A stretch of DNA of 64,000 nucleotides from an uncultured Desulfospira sp. (GCA_963663165.1 OY760175.1:4192001-4256000); one strand, 5' to 3'; shown: positions 1 through 9,463, counted from the first letter of the stretch. Notes: generated from the letters alone by a model not told the origin. A program made the numbers and translations.

Positions 1-78
1 AAATTAATTTTTTTCAAAAACCAAGGCCTTTCGAAAAGCCGCTAGCTCTCCGGGTCGGCCTGTAGCGTTTTGTTAGCT
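1..78 (-). repeat. attC site (partial, truncated by window edge) of cassette 3
   Basis: GTTAGCT at 72-78 (R'' AGCTAAC on minus) complements the cassette's 5' core at 615-621. Shares AAAACCAAG..TTTCGAAAAGCCGCTAGC..CCGGGTCGGC..AGCGTTTTGTT with the attC at 1159-1285. Confidence 0.85.
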
Positions 79-81
79 GAA

Positions 82-600
82 TTATTTTAGTTCAGCCATT
101 ATTCTCTTCGGTGGTTCACTACTTTGGTGATCGGCGTCGGAGTTGAGAGATTTCTTAACAGCGGATTCAGCTCTAAACGAAATACTTGATGATTCAAGTT
201 TGAAGAGTGCATCTGTAATACCCAAACGAATGATATCATTCTTTTTATGCCCAAGACTCAATCTCATTATTCGTGTAAGGTTTCCGTATGCCAAAATCTC
301 TTGTTCTCCTTCTAACGTTGCTCCTTTACTCCAAAAACTTATTAATGATTTAACAACCTCCGGTTCACCGCAAGTAATGATCCTACTTTTGGCATCATTC
401 AAGGCAGCCAAATCGATATTTTCATTTGTGACATCTCCAAGCCGTCTTGAAACGGCAAGTCTCGAAGCTGCAGCTAAAAAGTCTGAATAGGATTGAATTT
501 GAAATTTCAACAGTTCACTTCTTTTATTCCGTGCGGTTGTTAAGTAGTGTGTAATAAAGGCTGCTATAATCGCACTAATAAATGATAAAAATATTGTCAC
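82..600 (-). CDS. Integron cassette protein, hypothetical, N-terminal membrane anchor
   Basis: 172-aa ORF with GTG start and AAGGA RBS, AT-rich, bounded by attC sites; hydrophobic N-terminus. Confidence 0.75.
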   Translation of the reverse strand: MTIFLSFISAIIAAFITHYLTTARNKRSELLKFQIQSYSDFLAAASRLAVSRRLGDVTNENIDLAALNDAKSRIITCGEPEVVKSLISFWSKGATLEGEQEILAYGNLTRIMRLSLGHKKNDIIRLGITDALFKLESSSISFRAESAVKKSLNSDADHQSSEPPKRIMAELK

Positions 601-614
601 GAGTTTCCTTTACC

Positions 615-744
615 AGCTAACGCGGAGCTGAGGGGCCAGGCTTTTAAACCCCAAAACTCTCGATAAAAAGTTGAATTTTCCTGAACCAAGCACTCCCAAA
701 AGGCCGCGCAGTAAGCCTGGTCCCTCTCCAGCGTTTTGTTCTGC
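615..744 (-). repeat. attC site (~130 bp) of cassette 2
   Basis: AGCTAAC (615-621) ... GTTCTGC (738-744); imperfect palindrome (GCTGAGGGGCCAGGCTT / AAGCCTGGTCCCTCTCCAGC). Confidence 0.9.
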
Positions 745-748
745 AAAT

Positions 749-1150
749 TCAGCTGGTTAATAAATTGGGGATTTGTTTTCCTCGTTCAAAAATTATTTTT
801 TCACAGAAAAATTCCCAATTTGTATCCATTTCCGCATCATAAACTTTCAAATTTCCTTGTTCCCAACCATCTATTTGGTAATCATCAATAGAAAGTTGAA
901 CAATATCAATATCAGGGCATATAGTTATACTTCTTGGCCGTTCGATAATCATTTTGATTATAGGGATGTCATATGCATTTCGATCTTTTGTTAATTCAAG
1001 AACCATAACGTTGCATAAGTCCCCAGAAGCATCCAAATAATGTTCATATCTTAGTGACCAAATTTGTTTGTAGTTGATTAAGTTCCCGTCTGGCAACAGG
1101 TCTTCAATTTTATTGTAGCCAATAAATGTTTTTATATTTGCTGGTATCAT
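749..1150 (-). CDS. Integron cassette protein, hypothetical (acidic, immunity-protein-like)
   Basis: 133-aa ORF between attC sites; C-terminal IDD..DGWE..KVYDAE..EFFCEKI pattern. Confidence 0.7.
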   Translation of the reverse strand: MIPANIKTFIGYNKIEDLLPDGNLINYKQIWSLRYEHYLDASGDLCNVMVLELTKDRNAYDIPIIKMIIERPRSITICPDIDIVQLSIDDYQIDGWEQGNLKVYDAEMDTNWEFFCEKIIFERGKQIPNLLTS

Positions 1151-1158
1151 TTTTAATA

Positions 1159-1285
1159 GCAGAACGGGGAGCTCAGCCGACCGGGGCGTATAACCGAGCA
1201 GGTTGTCGAAGCCAAGTTTTTTCGAAAACCAAGCACTTTCGAAAAGCCGCTAGCCCCCCGGGTCGGCTGCAGCGTTTTGTTGTGC
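1159..1285 (-). repeat. attC site (~127 bp) of cassette 1
   Basis: GCAGAAC (1159-1165) ... GTTGTGC (1279-1285); stem CAGCCGACCGGGG / CCCCGGGTCGGCTG. Confidence 0.9.
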
Positions 1286-1327
1286 AAAATGTCTTCTCCC
1301 TAAACCAAAAAGATTTATTAAATCTAA

Positions 1328-1963
1328 TCATTTAAAGGATGCTTGCCCACCTGAACATAAAGCCAACAACTCTTTACTGCTCAACAATTCCGCTGCCATT
1401 TGGCGTAAAATAATATATTGCACGTCTGGAACAGGAATGTTTTTGGGAATTCCGTCGATTATTTTTGTAATATACCCAACTGCTGGACCATTTTTAACCT
1501 GATCGTATTCTTTGGAGAGTTTTTTATCAACGTGCGCCCCTCCATCCTTATTCGCTGCCCCAAGATATATATCTCTTCTCGATATTCTCATGGTCGTTTG
1601 TAATATTGATTGGTTAATCCATGTTTTTATAGAAACGTCTGTATATTTAGTATCGTTAAATCTGCATGCGGGGACAAAATGGGTTCCTGGAGTAGGGTGA
1701 TTACAACCAATTGCGTACATACCGCCAGCCATAAATGCAAGCTTGTCGTCGTCTTCGCCATCACCTACAGTAGATGATAATTTAATATCAGAAGCTTTTA
1801 AGTGCTTTAATAAAGATGTAGAATTTTTGGTATCGTGAATTAACACCCTTATCGTTGTTGCAATTCTAAGCCCTTCATCTTTAAATCCTTGATCGAAAAG
1901 AATGCTTGATCTATGAAGAAACCCTAATTGTTCTTGTAATTTTTCTTTAAAATCAACAGCCAT
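1328..1963 (-). CDS. Integron cassette 1 protein, hypothetical
   Basis: 211-aa AT-rich ORF with AAGGA RBS; contains RVLIHDT and ANKDGGAH motifs. Confidence 0.75.
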   Translation of the reverse strand: MAVDFKEKLQEQLGFLHRSSILFDQGFKDEGLRIATTIRVLIHDTKNSTSLLKHLKASDIKLSSTVGDGEDDDKLAFMAGGMYAIGCNHPTPGTHFVPACRFNDTKYTDVSIKTWINQSILQTTMRISRRDIYLGAANKDGGAHVDKKLSKEYDQVKNGPAVGYITKIIDGIPKNIPVPDVQYIILRQMAAELLSSKELLALCSGGQASFK

Positions 1964-2080
1964 AAACGTCCTTTGTCAGGAAACAATCAAGTATTAATAA
2001 GGGATATAATGTTTGTCCAAGTGCAAAAAAAATCAAATTTTTAAATACCGTTAACTGATATTTGAACCTTCCGTTTCAAA

Positions 2081-2138
2081 GCACAACAGTGAAATAGGCA
2101 GAATGGGCCAATAGTATAATAGGCGGATTCTGCCTATT
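2081..2138 (-). other. attI site of the integron
   Basis: GCACAAC at 2081-2087 (GTTGTGC on minus) complements the R'' of cassette 1's attC. Adjacent 12-bp inverted repeat AATAGGCAGAAT (2093-2104) / ATTCTGCCTATT (2127-2138). Lies upstream of a divergent intI. Confidence 0.8.
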
Positions 2139-2212
2139 GCATTAATTGCAATTTTTGGGTATTATTTTACACAACTTGAACTACCCCCAGAAAGATATTG
2201 GATACCTACCAT

Positions 2213-3607
2213 ATGAATCCGGCAAAATCAACACACGAAAACGAAATCAAAAGATTTTGGGACAATTACATTAATCGTTTAGAACATGCTGGTATTAAAA
2301 GTAATGTTTCCAGGTGGTATGTGATCAGAGCCGAGCAGTATATCAAGGCTTTTCCGGATAAGCGTCTGGCCGATCATAACCCTGAGGACGTGGTCTCCTA
2401 CCTGGAGCAGCAGGGCCGGGCCGGCCGGATTCAGGACTGGCAGTTCCGGCAGCTGGTCGATGCTATACAGAATTTATTTTCCATGCTTGGCGTATCCTGG
2501 CTGTCGGATGTAGACTGGCAGTTCTGGATGGATTCAGCCGCGTCCCTGACAGAAGTTCATCCCACAGTTGCCGGCAGCCTTCCGGCTAAAGCAACCATTG
2601 AAAAATTATCCGGCCGAAAAGGCTCACAGCTTTCCGCTGTCCGCAAACTTCATGCAGATCTTCTGGAAAAGCTGCTGATCGTCTTGCGGACGAAGGGGTA
2701 TTCCATAAGAACCGAGCAGTCTTACGAATCCTGGGTAAGCCGTTTTATTGAGTTTTGCCAAAATCAGGACCCGGCCGGGCTTGGTAAGGTTGAAGTGGTC
2801 TCCTTTTTGCAACATCTGGCTGTTGGGCGGAATGTGGCGGAGAGTACCCAGAACCAGGCGTTGAATGCCCTTGTCTTTTTTTATGACAAGGTTTTGGAAC
2901 AGCCCCTGGGGGATCTTGGGGATTTTGTCCGGGTAAAACGCCCTAAACGGCGACCGGTTGTGCTGACCCGGATTGAAGTGGCAAAACTGATCGACCACAT
3001 GGAGGGCCGCCAGAAACTGATGGCCTCCCTGCTTTATGGCACCGGCATGCGGCTGATGGATTGTATCAGGCTCAGGGTCCAGGATATTGATTTTGGGTAT
3101 TATCAGATTGTGGTCAGGGACGGAAAAGGCAAAAAAGACCGGGTAGTTCCATTGCCGGAAGGGCTTGTCAGCGATCTTACGGCCCATCTTGAAAAAGTTC
3201 GTAAACTGCACGAGGCAGATTTGGAAAAAGGGTTTGGAGAGGTCTATCTACCCTATGCCTATGACCGCAAATCCCCCAAAGCGGCAAAGGAATGGGGATG
3301 GCAGTATGTGTTCCCCAGCGGACGGCTTTCCGTTGATCCAAGGAGTGGAAAAACACGCCGTCACCATATTCACGAAAATGGTCTTCAAAAAGCCGTGAAA
3401 AAAGCGGCGCAGCAGGCCCAGATTACGAAAAGGGTAAACTGCCACGCCCTTCGCCACAGTTTTGCCACCCATCTTCTGGAAAGCGGTTATGATATCCGTA
3501 CCGTGCAGGATCTGCTCGGCCATGCCAATGTTTCAACAACCATGATCTATACCCATGTGCTTAACCGGGGCGGGAGAGGCGTAAAAAGTCCCTTTGACGT
3601 GCTGTAA
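2213..3607 (+). CDS. intI: Integron integrase with N-terminal extension
   Basis: [28 protein letters not shown] and LGH..TTMIYTH motifs, plus the integron-specific insertion [21 protein letters not shown] at 2213 (TTG at 2198 is an alternative). Confidence 0.95.
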   Translation: MNPAKSTHENEIKRFWDNYINRLEHAGIKSNVSRWYVIRAEQYIKAFPDKRLADHNPEDVVSYLEQQGRAGRIQDWQFRQLVDAIQNLFSMLGVSWLSDVDWQFWMDSAASLTEVHPTVAGSLPAKATIEKLSGRKGSQLSAVRKLHADLLEKLLIVLRTKGYSIRTEQSYESWVSRFIEFCQNQDPAGLGKVEVVSFLQHLAVGRNVAESTQNQALNALVFFYDKVLEQPLGDLGDFVRVKRPKRRPVVLTRIEVAKLIDHMEGRQKLMASLLYGTGMRLMDCIRLRVQDIDFGYYQIVVRDGKGKKDRVVPLPEGLVSDLTAHLEKVRKLHEADLEKGFGEVYLPYAYDRKSPKAAKEWGWQYVFPSGRLSVDPRSGKTRRHHIHENGLQKAVKKAAQQAQITKRVNCHALRHSFATHLLESGYDIRTVQDLLGHANVSTTMIYTHVLNRGGRGVKSPFDVL

Positions 3608-3935
3608 TTCGAAACTAAACAGCGGGTCGCCGCCACATTGAAAACCGTAAAAATTTTTGATATAAATCAGGACAGAGCCGGGACCTTTTCAAAGGGGATG
3701 GCAAAAGAGCGGGTTCTGGTCGTGCCGAATATGGAAGACGCTGTTAGAATCTGCGATATCGTCAGCTCAGTGACCGTTGGCCGGTCCCACCCGGTTTTTA
3801 AAAAAGATTTGCTGCAGACTATAACTATCTGAAAATATATTTATGTTTCGTTTTGGACGATGCCTTGGCCGGATAACCAGGGACAGTCCGGTTTCTATCT
3901 TTTATAGCAACCCCAATTTCATGGAGGAAAGACAG

Positions 3936-4910
3936 ATGAAACACATTTCAAAAGTGATGGTTGTTCTGGCCGCGGCAAGCCTTCTGTTTGCCGGACGGGC
4001 CATGGCTGTCGACAGAATCTTTTTCGGCATTGCCACCGGGGGTACCGGCGGCACCTATTACCCCCTGGGGGGGATGCTGGCCCAGATGATTTCCAACAAG
4101 GTGGTCATTAACGGCAAAAAACTGTCCGCCACCGCGGAAACCGGAAATGCGTCCGTGGCCAATGCCACCTTGCTGGGCAGAAAGGGGATTGAATCCGCCT
4201 TTGCCGGGGCTGATATCCTGAGTGCGGCTTACAAAGGCATTAAACAGTTTGACGGCAAAGAGCAAAAAAGCTTAAGGGCCTTGGGCGCGCTTTATCCTGA
4301 AACTGTACAGCTGGTGGTCCGGGGCAATGCCGGAATAACCAAATTTGAAGATCTCAAGGGCAAATCCATTTCCTCCGGGTCTCCCGGATCCGGCCAGTGG
4401 CAGCTGCTTGGTGATTTGCTCAATTGCTACGGCATGGACCGGAAAAACGATATAAAAGAGGATTACTCTTCTTTTGCCCAGTCGGTTGAAAAAATCAAAA
4501 ACGGCCGTCTGGACGCCTCTTTGATCACGGCCGGAACCCCTACGGCGTCTGTTGCAGAGCTGGCCGCCCATCATGATATCCAGATCATACCGTTGAGCGG
4601 ACCGGCTATTGAGGGCCTTCAGAAGGTTCAGCCCTGTTATGCCGGTTTTCTGCTGCCGGCCGGGACCTATAAAGGCCAGGATGAGGCGGTGAAGACCATT
4701 GCCGTCCGCGCCATCTGGGCTACCCATGACGAGCTGGATAAGGTGCTGGCCTATCACCTGGTCAAAGCCTTGTATGAAAATACAGACACCCTGGCCAAGG
4801 TTCATGTCAAAGGCAAGGATATCAGCCTTGAAACCGCCCTGGAATCGGTTTCCATTCCCCTGCATCCCGGCGCGGAACGGTACTATCGTGAAAAAGGCCT
4901 GATCGACTAA
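3936..4910 (+). CDS. TAXI-family TRAP transporter solute-binding subunit
   Basis: Signal peptide, IATGGTGGTYYPLG, LYPETVQ and IPLHPGAERYY motifs; GGAGG RBS before ATG 3936. Confidence 0.92.
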   Translation: MKHISKVMVVLAAASLLFAGRAMAVDRIFFGIATGGTGGTYYPLGGMLAQMISNKVVINGKKLSATAETGNASVANATLLGRKGIESAFAGADILSAAYKGIKQFDGKEQKSLRALGALYPETVQLVVRGNAGITKFEDLKGKSISSGSPGSGQWQLLGDLLNCYGMDRKNDIKEDYSSFAQSVEKIKNGRLDASLITAGTPTASVAELAAHHDIQIIPLSGPAIEGLQKVQPCYAGFLLPAGTYKGQDEAVKTIAVRAIWATHDELDKVLAYHLVKALYENTDTLAKVHVKGKDISLETALESVSIPLHPGAERYYREKGLID

Positions 4911-4911
4911 A

Positions 4912-5391
4912 ATGAAGCGCATGGCTGCAGGCCTCCCGGTTTTTCTGGCGGCTGCCTGCATCTGCATAGTTTCCTTCAGCCTGACCGCCGGAACCCTTGG
5001 CCCGAAATTAATGGTATCACAATTTCCCGGCGGCAAAGACCTTCACCAGATTAATCTGGACAAAGAAAAAGGGTTTTCTCTTTCCTTTATCCACTCGGTG
5101 TCCCAAACCCGGGTCACGGATATTTACCGGATTGAAGGAGACCGGATTATCCAGACCGCAGAACGGTTCCGGGCCCATGGCGCAGGGCTTCCCTCCCAGA
5201 CAGATGAGCCAGGCGTTACCCGCTGGGAAAAAAAGGGGGATGAGTTTGTTATCACCATGGAGCGGCCTGTTCCCCAAATAGTGATCCGGACCGATAAAAA
5301 TTATGAAAACCGGCTCATGGTCGGCCGCCGGGTGATCAACCTCAACCAATGGGAAGACCAGGCCCTGCGGCTGTATATTAAAACAGACTAA
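4912..5391 (+). CDS. DUF1850-like protein (TAXI-associated)
   Basis: FIHSVSQT and HGAGLP motifs; directly follows the TAXI gene. Confidence 0.8.
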   Translation: MKRMAAGLPVFLAAACICIVSFSLTAGTLGPKLMVSQFPGGKDLHQINLDKEKGFSLSFIHSVSQTRVTDIYRIEGDRIIQTAERFRAHGAGLPSQTDEPGVTRWEKKGDEFVITMERPVPQIVIRTDKNYENRLMVGRRVINLNQWEDQALRLYIKTD

Positions 5392-5465
5392 CGGCTGGTC
5401 TTTATGGGCACTGGCCATATGGGGTCCCGAATCTATAAAACCGGTTCACCTGGGAGAGGCTATGG

Positions 5466-5528
5466 CAGGGCAATCGCATGTAAAAGAAAGCCATCTCTTC
5501 CGGAATTGAAAATAAGGATAATCTCCAA
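5466..5528 (+). repeat. Left part of a ~222-bp MITE-like palindromic repeat interrupted by the RIT element
   Basis: CAGGGCAATCGCATGTAA...ATAAGGATAATCTCCAA; inverted counterpart ends at 9811; the ATAAGG..CTCCAA part is collinear with 41659-41679 on the minus strand. Confidence 0.75.
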
Positions 5529-5633
5529 TTATGTAGCGTGTTTGATTATGTTGTGAGTTTTATTCATTTTTATTCAAAAAGATTTTTCAAATCTTTCATT
5601 TTATTCGTATAATTCCAAATCATATGCATAGAA

Positions 5634-5662
5634 AAAGCCCGGAGTAGCCCCTCCGGGCTTTG
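5634..5662. terminator. Hairpin in the RIT leader (terminator-like)
   Basis: AAAGCCCGGAG-TAGCCC-CTCCGGGCTTT perfect stem with A and T runs. Confidence 0.5.
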
Positions 5663-5756
5663 ATTGTGAACTCCCGTCGATAGCCGGAGAAGCCCACACA
5701 CACAGTTATATTTCTATATCATTTTCCGGTTATCTGCAATACCGGAAAAATCTAAA

Positions 5757-6143
5757 ATGCTTTTAATTCCAAATACATGCCGATGGTGCCATTTCGTATT
5801 TTTTGTTTGCAGGTTCTGCTGGAGAGGGCAGGCCTATTGTTGCAGGGACTGCCGTAAGGCCGGAATCCTCAGAAACAAAAGAGAAGCACAGCGACGATAC
5901 CGCCAGACCGAGAAGGGGAAAAGACGGCATCGGGAAGCCGAGAACCGGCGTCGGCATCGAAAAAAAATTCAAGAGACAAAAAACATGGATGATACAGCTT
6001 CCACAGTGCTGCCTGCTTGGTGTAGGACAATAATATTGTGGATTTTGTTTCAGATTCAGGGCCTTCCAATCAAACCATATTGTCAATTCTGCGGCTCTTC
6101 AGGTCAAGTCGTCACACAATTTCCCCGGCGGGGATATGGATAA
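5757..6143 (+). CDS. Cys-rich (putative Zn-binding), basic hypothetical protein in the RIT element
   Basis: CxxC-CxxC-CCxxC cluster, Arg-rich helix, C-terminal CQFC. Confidence 0.7.
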   Translation: MLLIPNTCRWCHFVFFVCRFCWRGQAYCCRDCRKAGILRNKREAQRRYRQTEKGKRRHREAENRRRHRKKIQETKNMDDTASTVLPAWCRTIILWILFQIQGLPIKPYCQFCGSSGQVVTQFPRRGYG

Positions 6144-6165
6144 ACGTAAAAACTGGAGGCGCGGC

Positions 6166-6576
6166 ATGGTAAAAAAAGAAATCCTGAACCCTTCAAGGGT
6201 GCGTTGTATCAAAGGAGGATTTAGTTTTATCCCCCATCGGTTTCTTACGGGTGGATTTTTGCGAGCATTAAGCCGGGACGAGTTGTTATTGTATTTTTTC
6301 CTGGTTCTGGCCGGTGACCGCAACGGATTAAGTTTTTACAGTTATGATAAAATATGCACCCTGCTAAAAATGCAACTGGACCAGTACATTGAAGCTCGGG
6401 ATGGATTGATGGAAAATGATCTGATTGCCTTTGACGGCACCATTTACCAGGTGCTTTCCTTACCGGCCAACCTTATACAATCTGCTGTACAAAAAAAATC
6501 TTCCCTGAACAGCCGTCAACCTGAATCAGTTGGAAAAATTTTGAGCAAACTGGTTATGGAGGCCGATCATGGTTGA
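6166..6576 (+). CDS. Putative helix-turn-helix protein in the RIT element
   Basis: GGAGG RBS; FSFIPHRF...LLLYFFLVLAGDRNGLSFYS pattern; overlaps the start of recombinase A. ATG 6136 is an alternative start. Confidence 0.7.
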   Translation: MVKKEILNPSRVRCIKGGFSFIPHRFLTGGFLRALSRDELLLYFFLVLAGDRNGLSFYSYDKICTLLKMQLDQYIEARDGLMENDLIAFDGTIYQVLSLPANLIQSAVQKKSSLNSRQPESVGKILSKLVMEADHG

Positions 6577-7486
6577 GCAGACACCCAAAAGTCCGCCCGG
6601 TTATGATCTGGATCAGATCCGCCGGGATTATCTGGACCATATGCTTAAAATCAAGGAAAGCTCTCCTTCTCAAACCTGTTGCAGGACCAAAATTATCAAA
6701 GCGTTTGACAGTTATCTGCAAACATCGGGAGTCTCACTGGTCAATATAAACATAGGGCATGTTGATGATTTTCTGGCAAGGTTCAATGCCCCATATGCAA
6801 AGAGTACCCAGGGGGTATACCGTTCCTGTTTTCGAGGCTTTTTGCACTACCTGTATAATGAACGGCATTTGATCCAACAGAATTTAGCCCCGCTTGTGAC
6901 CGGTCCGCCAATGTTTGCTCAAGTCAAGCCTCCTAAATTTTTAAGACCCGGTGAAGTCCGTCAGTTATTTGATCATTTGCCCTGTGCAACATCCAAAGAG
7001 CTTCGTGTCTATGCACAGGTTCACCTGGCTTATTATCTTGGATTGCGCCCCATTGAAATCAGCCGCCTTACTCTGGACGATATCTGTTTTGCCAAAGGAC
7101 TGCTAAACCTGGAAAACACAAAAAATGCAAAGCCCCTTCAATTGCCCATTCCCGATGAAGTTATCAAAGCAATCACCGCTTATATCGTTGGAGGCAGGCC
7201 TAAAAGTCAGTCTCGCTCTCTTTTTTTAACCAGCCATTGCCCACCTTACAGAGCTGTAAGTGCCTGGCTCACCAGGCACGATTTAACAAAGGCGTTGCGG
7301 GCTGCCGGTCTTCCCGGTACAGGATATTGGCTGCGCCACACCTTTGCACAAAACATGCTGGAAGCAGGTGCCGGCATTTTTGAAATCAAAGAAATGATGG
7401 GGCATTCCATCATTGATTCCACAAAAGTATATCTAAGTATCCACAAGGAATTGATGCGCCGGGTGTTGTTCGATGAAACCGTTTAA
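6569..7486 (+). CDS. Tyrosine recombinase, RIT subunit A
   Basis: LGLRPIE, TKNAK, YWLRH and MGH..TKVY motifs. Confidence 0.9.
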   Translation: MVEQTPKSPPGYDLDQIRRDYLDHMLKIKESSPSQTCCRTKIIKAFDSYLQTSGVSLVNINIGHVDDFLARFNAPYAKSTQGVYRSCFRGFLHYLYNERHLIQQNLAPLVTGPPMFAQVKPPKFLRPGEVRQLFDHLPCATSKELRVYAQVHLAYYLGLRPIEISRLTLDDICFAKGLLNLENTKNAKPLQLPIPDEVIKAITAYIVGGRPKSQSRSLFLTSHCPPYRAVSAWLTRHDLTKALRAAGLPGTGYWLRHTFAQNMLEAGAGIFEIKEMMGHSIIDSTKVYLSIHKELMRRVLFDETV

Positions 7487-8447
7487 AAGCTTTTTGGCCA
7501 CAGAGATGGAAAACTTTATTGTTTACCGGCAAGGACTGGGATACAGTTGCCATATGCTCCGGTGGGCCTTGCTTACCTTTGACGATTTTTTAATGAGGCA
7601 GCCGGATCTCTCAGACATTTGGATGCCCCATTTTTATATCACCTTTAAAAATGAGATTGGCCTTGAGCCCTCCGGCGTAGCCAGCATTCTAAATGTAGTT
7701 CGAGGCTTTTTTGATTATCTGAAACGGCAGCGGATAAATCTTGATAACCCTTTGAAAGATGTGACCGCTCCGGCCCGACGCACCTTCATCCCCTTTATAT
7801 TCTCACCGGAGCAGGTAGAAATGTTACTGGGGGTGGTATGCGGACGGATCCGGCAAACCCCTATGCGGTTCCTTAAAGATTACAGTGAATATCTGGTGAT
7901 CCTTCTGCTTGCCCGCTGTGGGCTGAGGATGAATGAACCCTTGCGCCTGAGATTGAAAAATTACCGGCCGGATGAAAAGACGATTTACATAGAGAAAACC
8001 AAGTTCAAAAAGGACCGTCTTATCCCTATTCCAAAATCAACTGCCATGCAGATTGACAACTATCTTTCAACCAGGGCCGCTTTAATTGAAAACGATATGA
8101 ATCCCTACCTGTTCATGGAGATAGGGGAAAACGGCTTGAACGATAACCGTATTCGCTCTGTTTTTCACGATGCTGTGCGTCAAATCGGGATCCGCCGCCC
8201 AAGGAAAATTATCGGCGACACGACCTTTGGGAAGCCCACTCCGCACTGTTTACGGCACTCTTTTGCCATTAACACCTTGAAGGCAGCCATTGCCCGGAAA
8301 CAATCACCCCGGAATGTGCTGCCGGTGCTTGCCGGCTATATGGGTCATGTTGAGTATAAATACACCATGGAATATTTGAAAGCAGTTGATGCTGAAAGCC
8401 GCGACAGCCTGTTCAAATTTACCACCGGCAGAAGGGATGAATCATGA
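7473..8447 (+). CDS. Tyrosine recombinase, RIT subunit B
   Basis: PFIFS, CGLR, TKFKKDRLIP, HCLRHSFA and LAGYMGH..TMEYL motifs; overlaps both neighbours. Confidence 0.92.
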   Translation: MKPFKSFLATEMENFIVYRQGLGYSCHMLRWALLTFDDFLMRQPDLSDIWMPHFYITFKNEIGLEPSGVASILNVVRGFFDYLKRQRINLDNPLKDVTAPARRTFIPFIFSPEQVEMLLGVVCGRIRQTPMRFLKDYSEYLVILLLARCGLRMNEPLRLRLKNYRPDEKTIYIEKTKFKKDRLIPIPKSTAMQIDNYLSTRAALIENDMNPYLFMEIGENGLNDNRIRSVFHDAVRQIGIRRPRKIIGDTTFGKPTPHCLRHSFAINTLKAAIARKQSPRNVLPVLAGYMGHVEYKYTMEYLKAVDAESRDSLFKFTTGRRDES

Positions 8448-9463
8448 ACCTGACCCGTTGCGTTGTTCAATTTTTTGACCAATACCTGCCTTATGTCAAA
8501 GGGTGCCGCCCCAATACGATCAAAAGTTACCGGGATACCATGCGCTTTTTTTTACCGTTTGCTGCCGAGTACCACAGCGTAAAGGTCAGTTCGCTCAATC
8601 TGGAACATATCACGGTAGAATTAATTTTGCAGTTTCTCAATGAGCTTGAATCCAAACGGTCCAACACGGCTAAAACCCGGAACCAGCGCCTGGCCGTTTT
8701 AAAGTCTTTTGCCAAAATGATCCGTTTTATTTATCCCGAGCAACAAAAACTGACCAATGCGATCCTTGATATTCCCCGGAAACGAAGCCAACACAAGTTG
8801 ATCGGATTTTTGTATCCCCAGGAGATCAATCAAATCCTTAATGCGGTCCAACTTAAAAGAAAGGACGGGTTCCGAGATTATACCCTTCTGTATCTATTAT
8901 ATGATACCGGTGCCAGGGCAACGGAAATCGCTACCCTTGAGATGGATTATTTTGATTATGAAAATCAAACTCTGGCGATTCTTGGGAAGGGTAACCGATA
9001 TCGACAAGTTCAGTTGCTTGGGAAAACAGTAGAGCTTATGCATCAGTATATTGAAGAACATCGCAATACGCCAATCCATCCGTTTAAAAAAAGGCTGTTC
9101 ATCAACCAAAGAGGAACAAGCTTGACCCGCCACGGTATCAACCGGATCTGTAAAAACTACCTTGAACAGGCTTTACCGGCAAAGCGGACAGCGACCATGC
9201 ACCCCGTCCATAGCTTCCGTCATTCGTGTGCCGTTCGAATGCTCTCAGAGGATCGGCCTTTATCTGAAATTAAGAATCGCTTGGGGCATTCTAATGTCAA
9301 ATCCACAATGGTTTACTTAAAGCTTGATCTAGGCCAGAAGCGACATTTACAAGAGAACTTCATCCAGTTCACCAAACAGCACCTGAAATCTGATCCGAAA
9401 ATTGAGGAGTTGATCCAGTGGGAAAACAAGCAAAACGTTCTTGAGTGGCTGGATAGTCTATAG
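8444..9463 (+). CDS. Tyrosine recombinase, RIT subunit C
   Basis: NTIKSYRD, TRNQRLA, YDTGARATE, GKG, HSFRH and LGH..TMVY motifs; ATGA overlap with subunit B. Confidence 0.92.
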   Translation: MNLTRCVVQFFDQYLPYVKGCRPNTIKSYRDTMRFFLPFAAEYHSVKVSSLNLEHITVELILQFLNELESKRSNTAKTRNQRLAVLKSFAKMIRFIYPEQQKLTNAILDIPRKRSQHKLIGFLYPQEINQILNAVQLKRKDGFRDYTLLYLLYDTGARATEIATLEMDYFDYENQTLAILGKGNRYRQVQLLGKTVELMHQYIEEHRNTPIHPFKKRLFINQRGTSLTRHGINRICKNYLEQALPAKRTATMHPVHSFRHSCAVRMLSEDRPLSEIKNRLGHSNVKSTMVYLKLDLGQKRHLQENFIQFTKQHLKSDPKIEELIQWENKQNVLEWLDSL

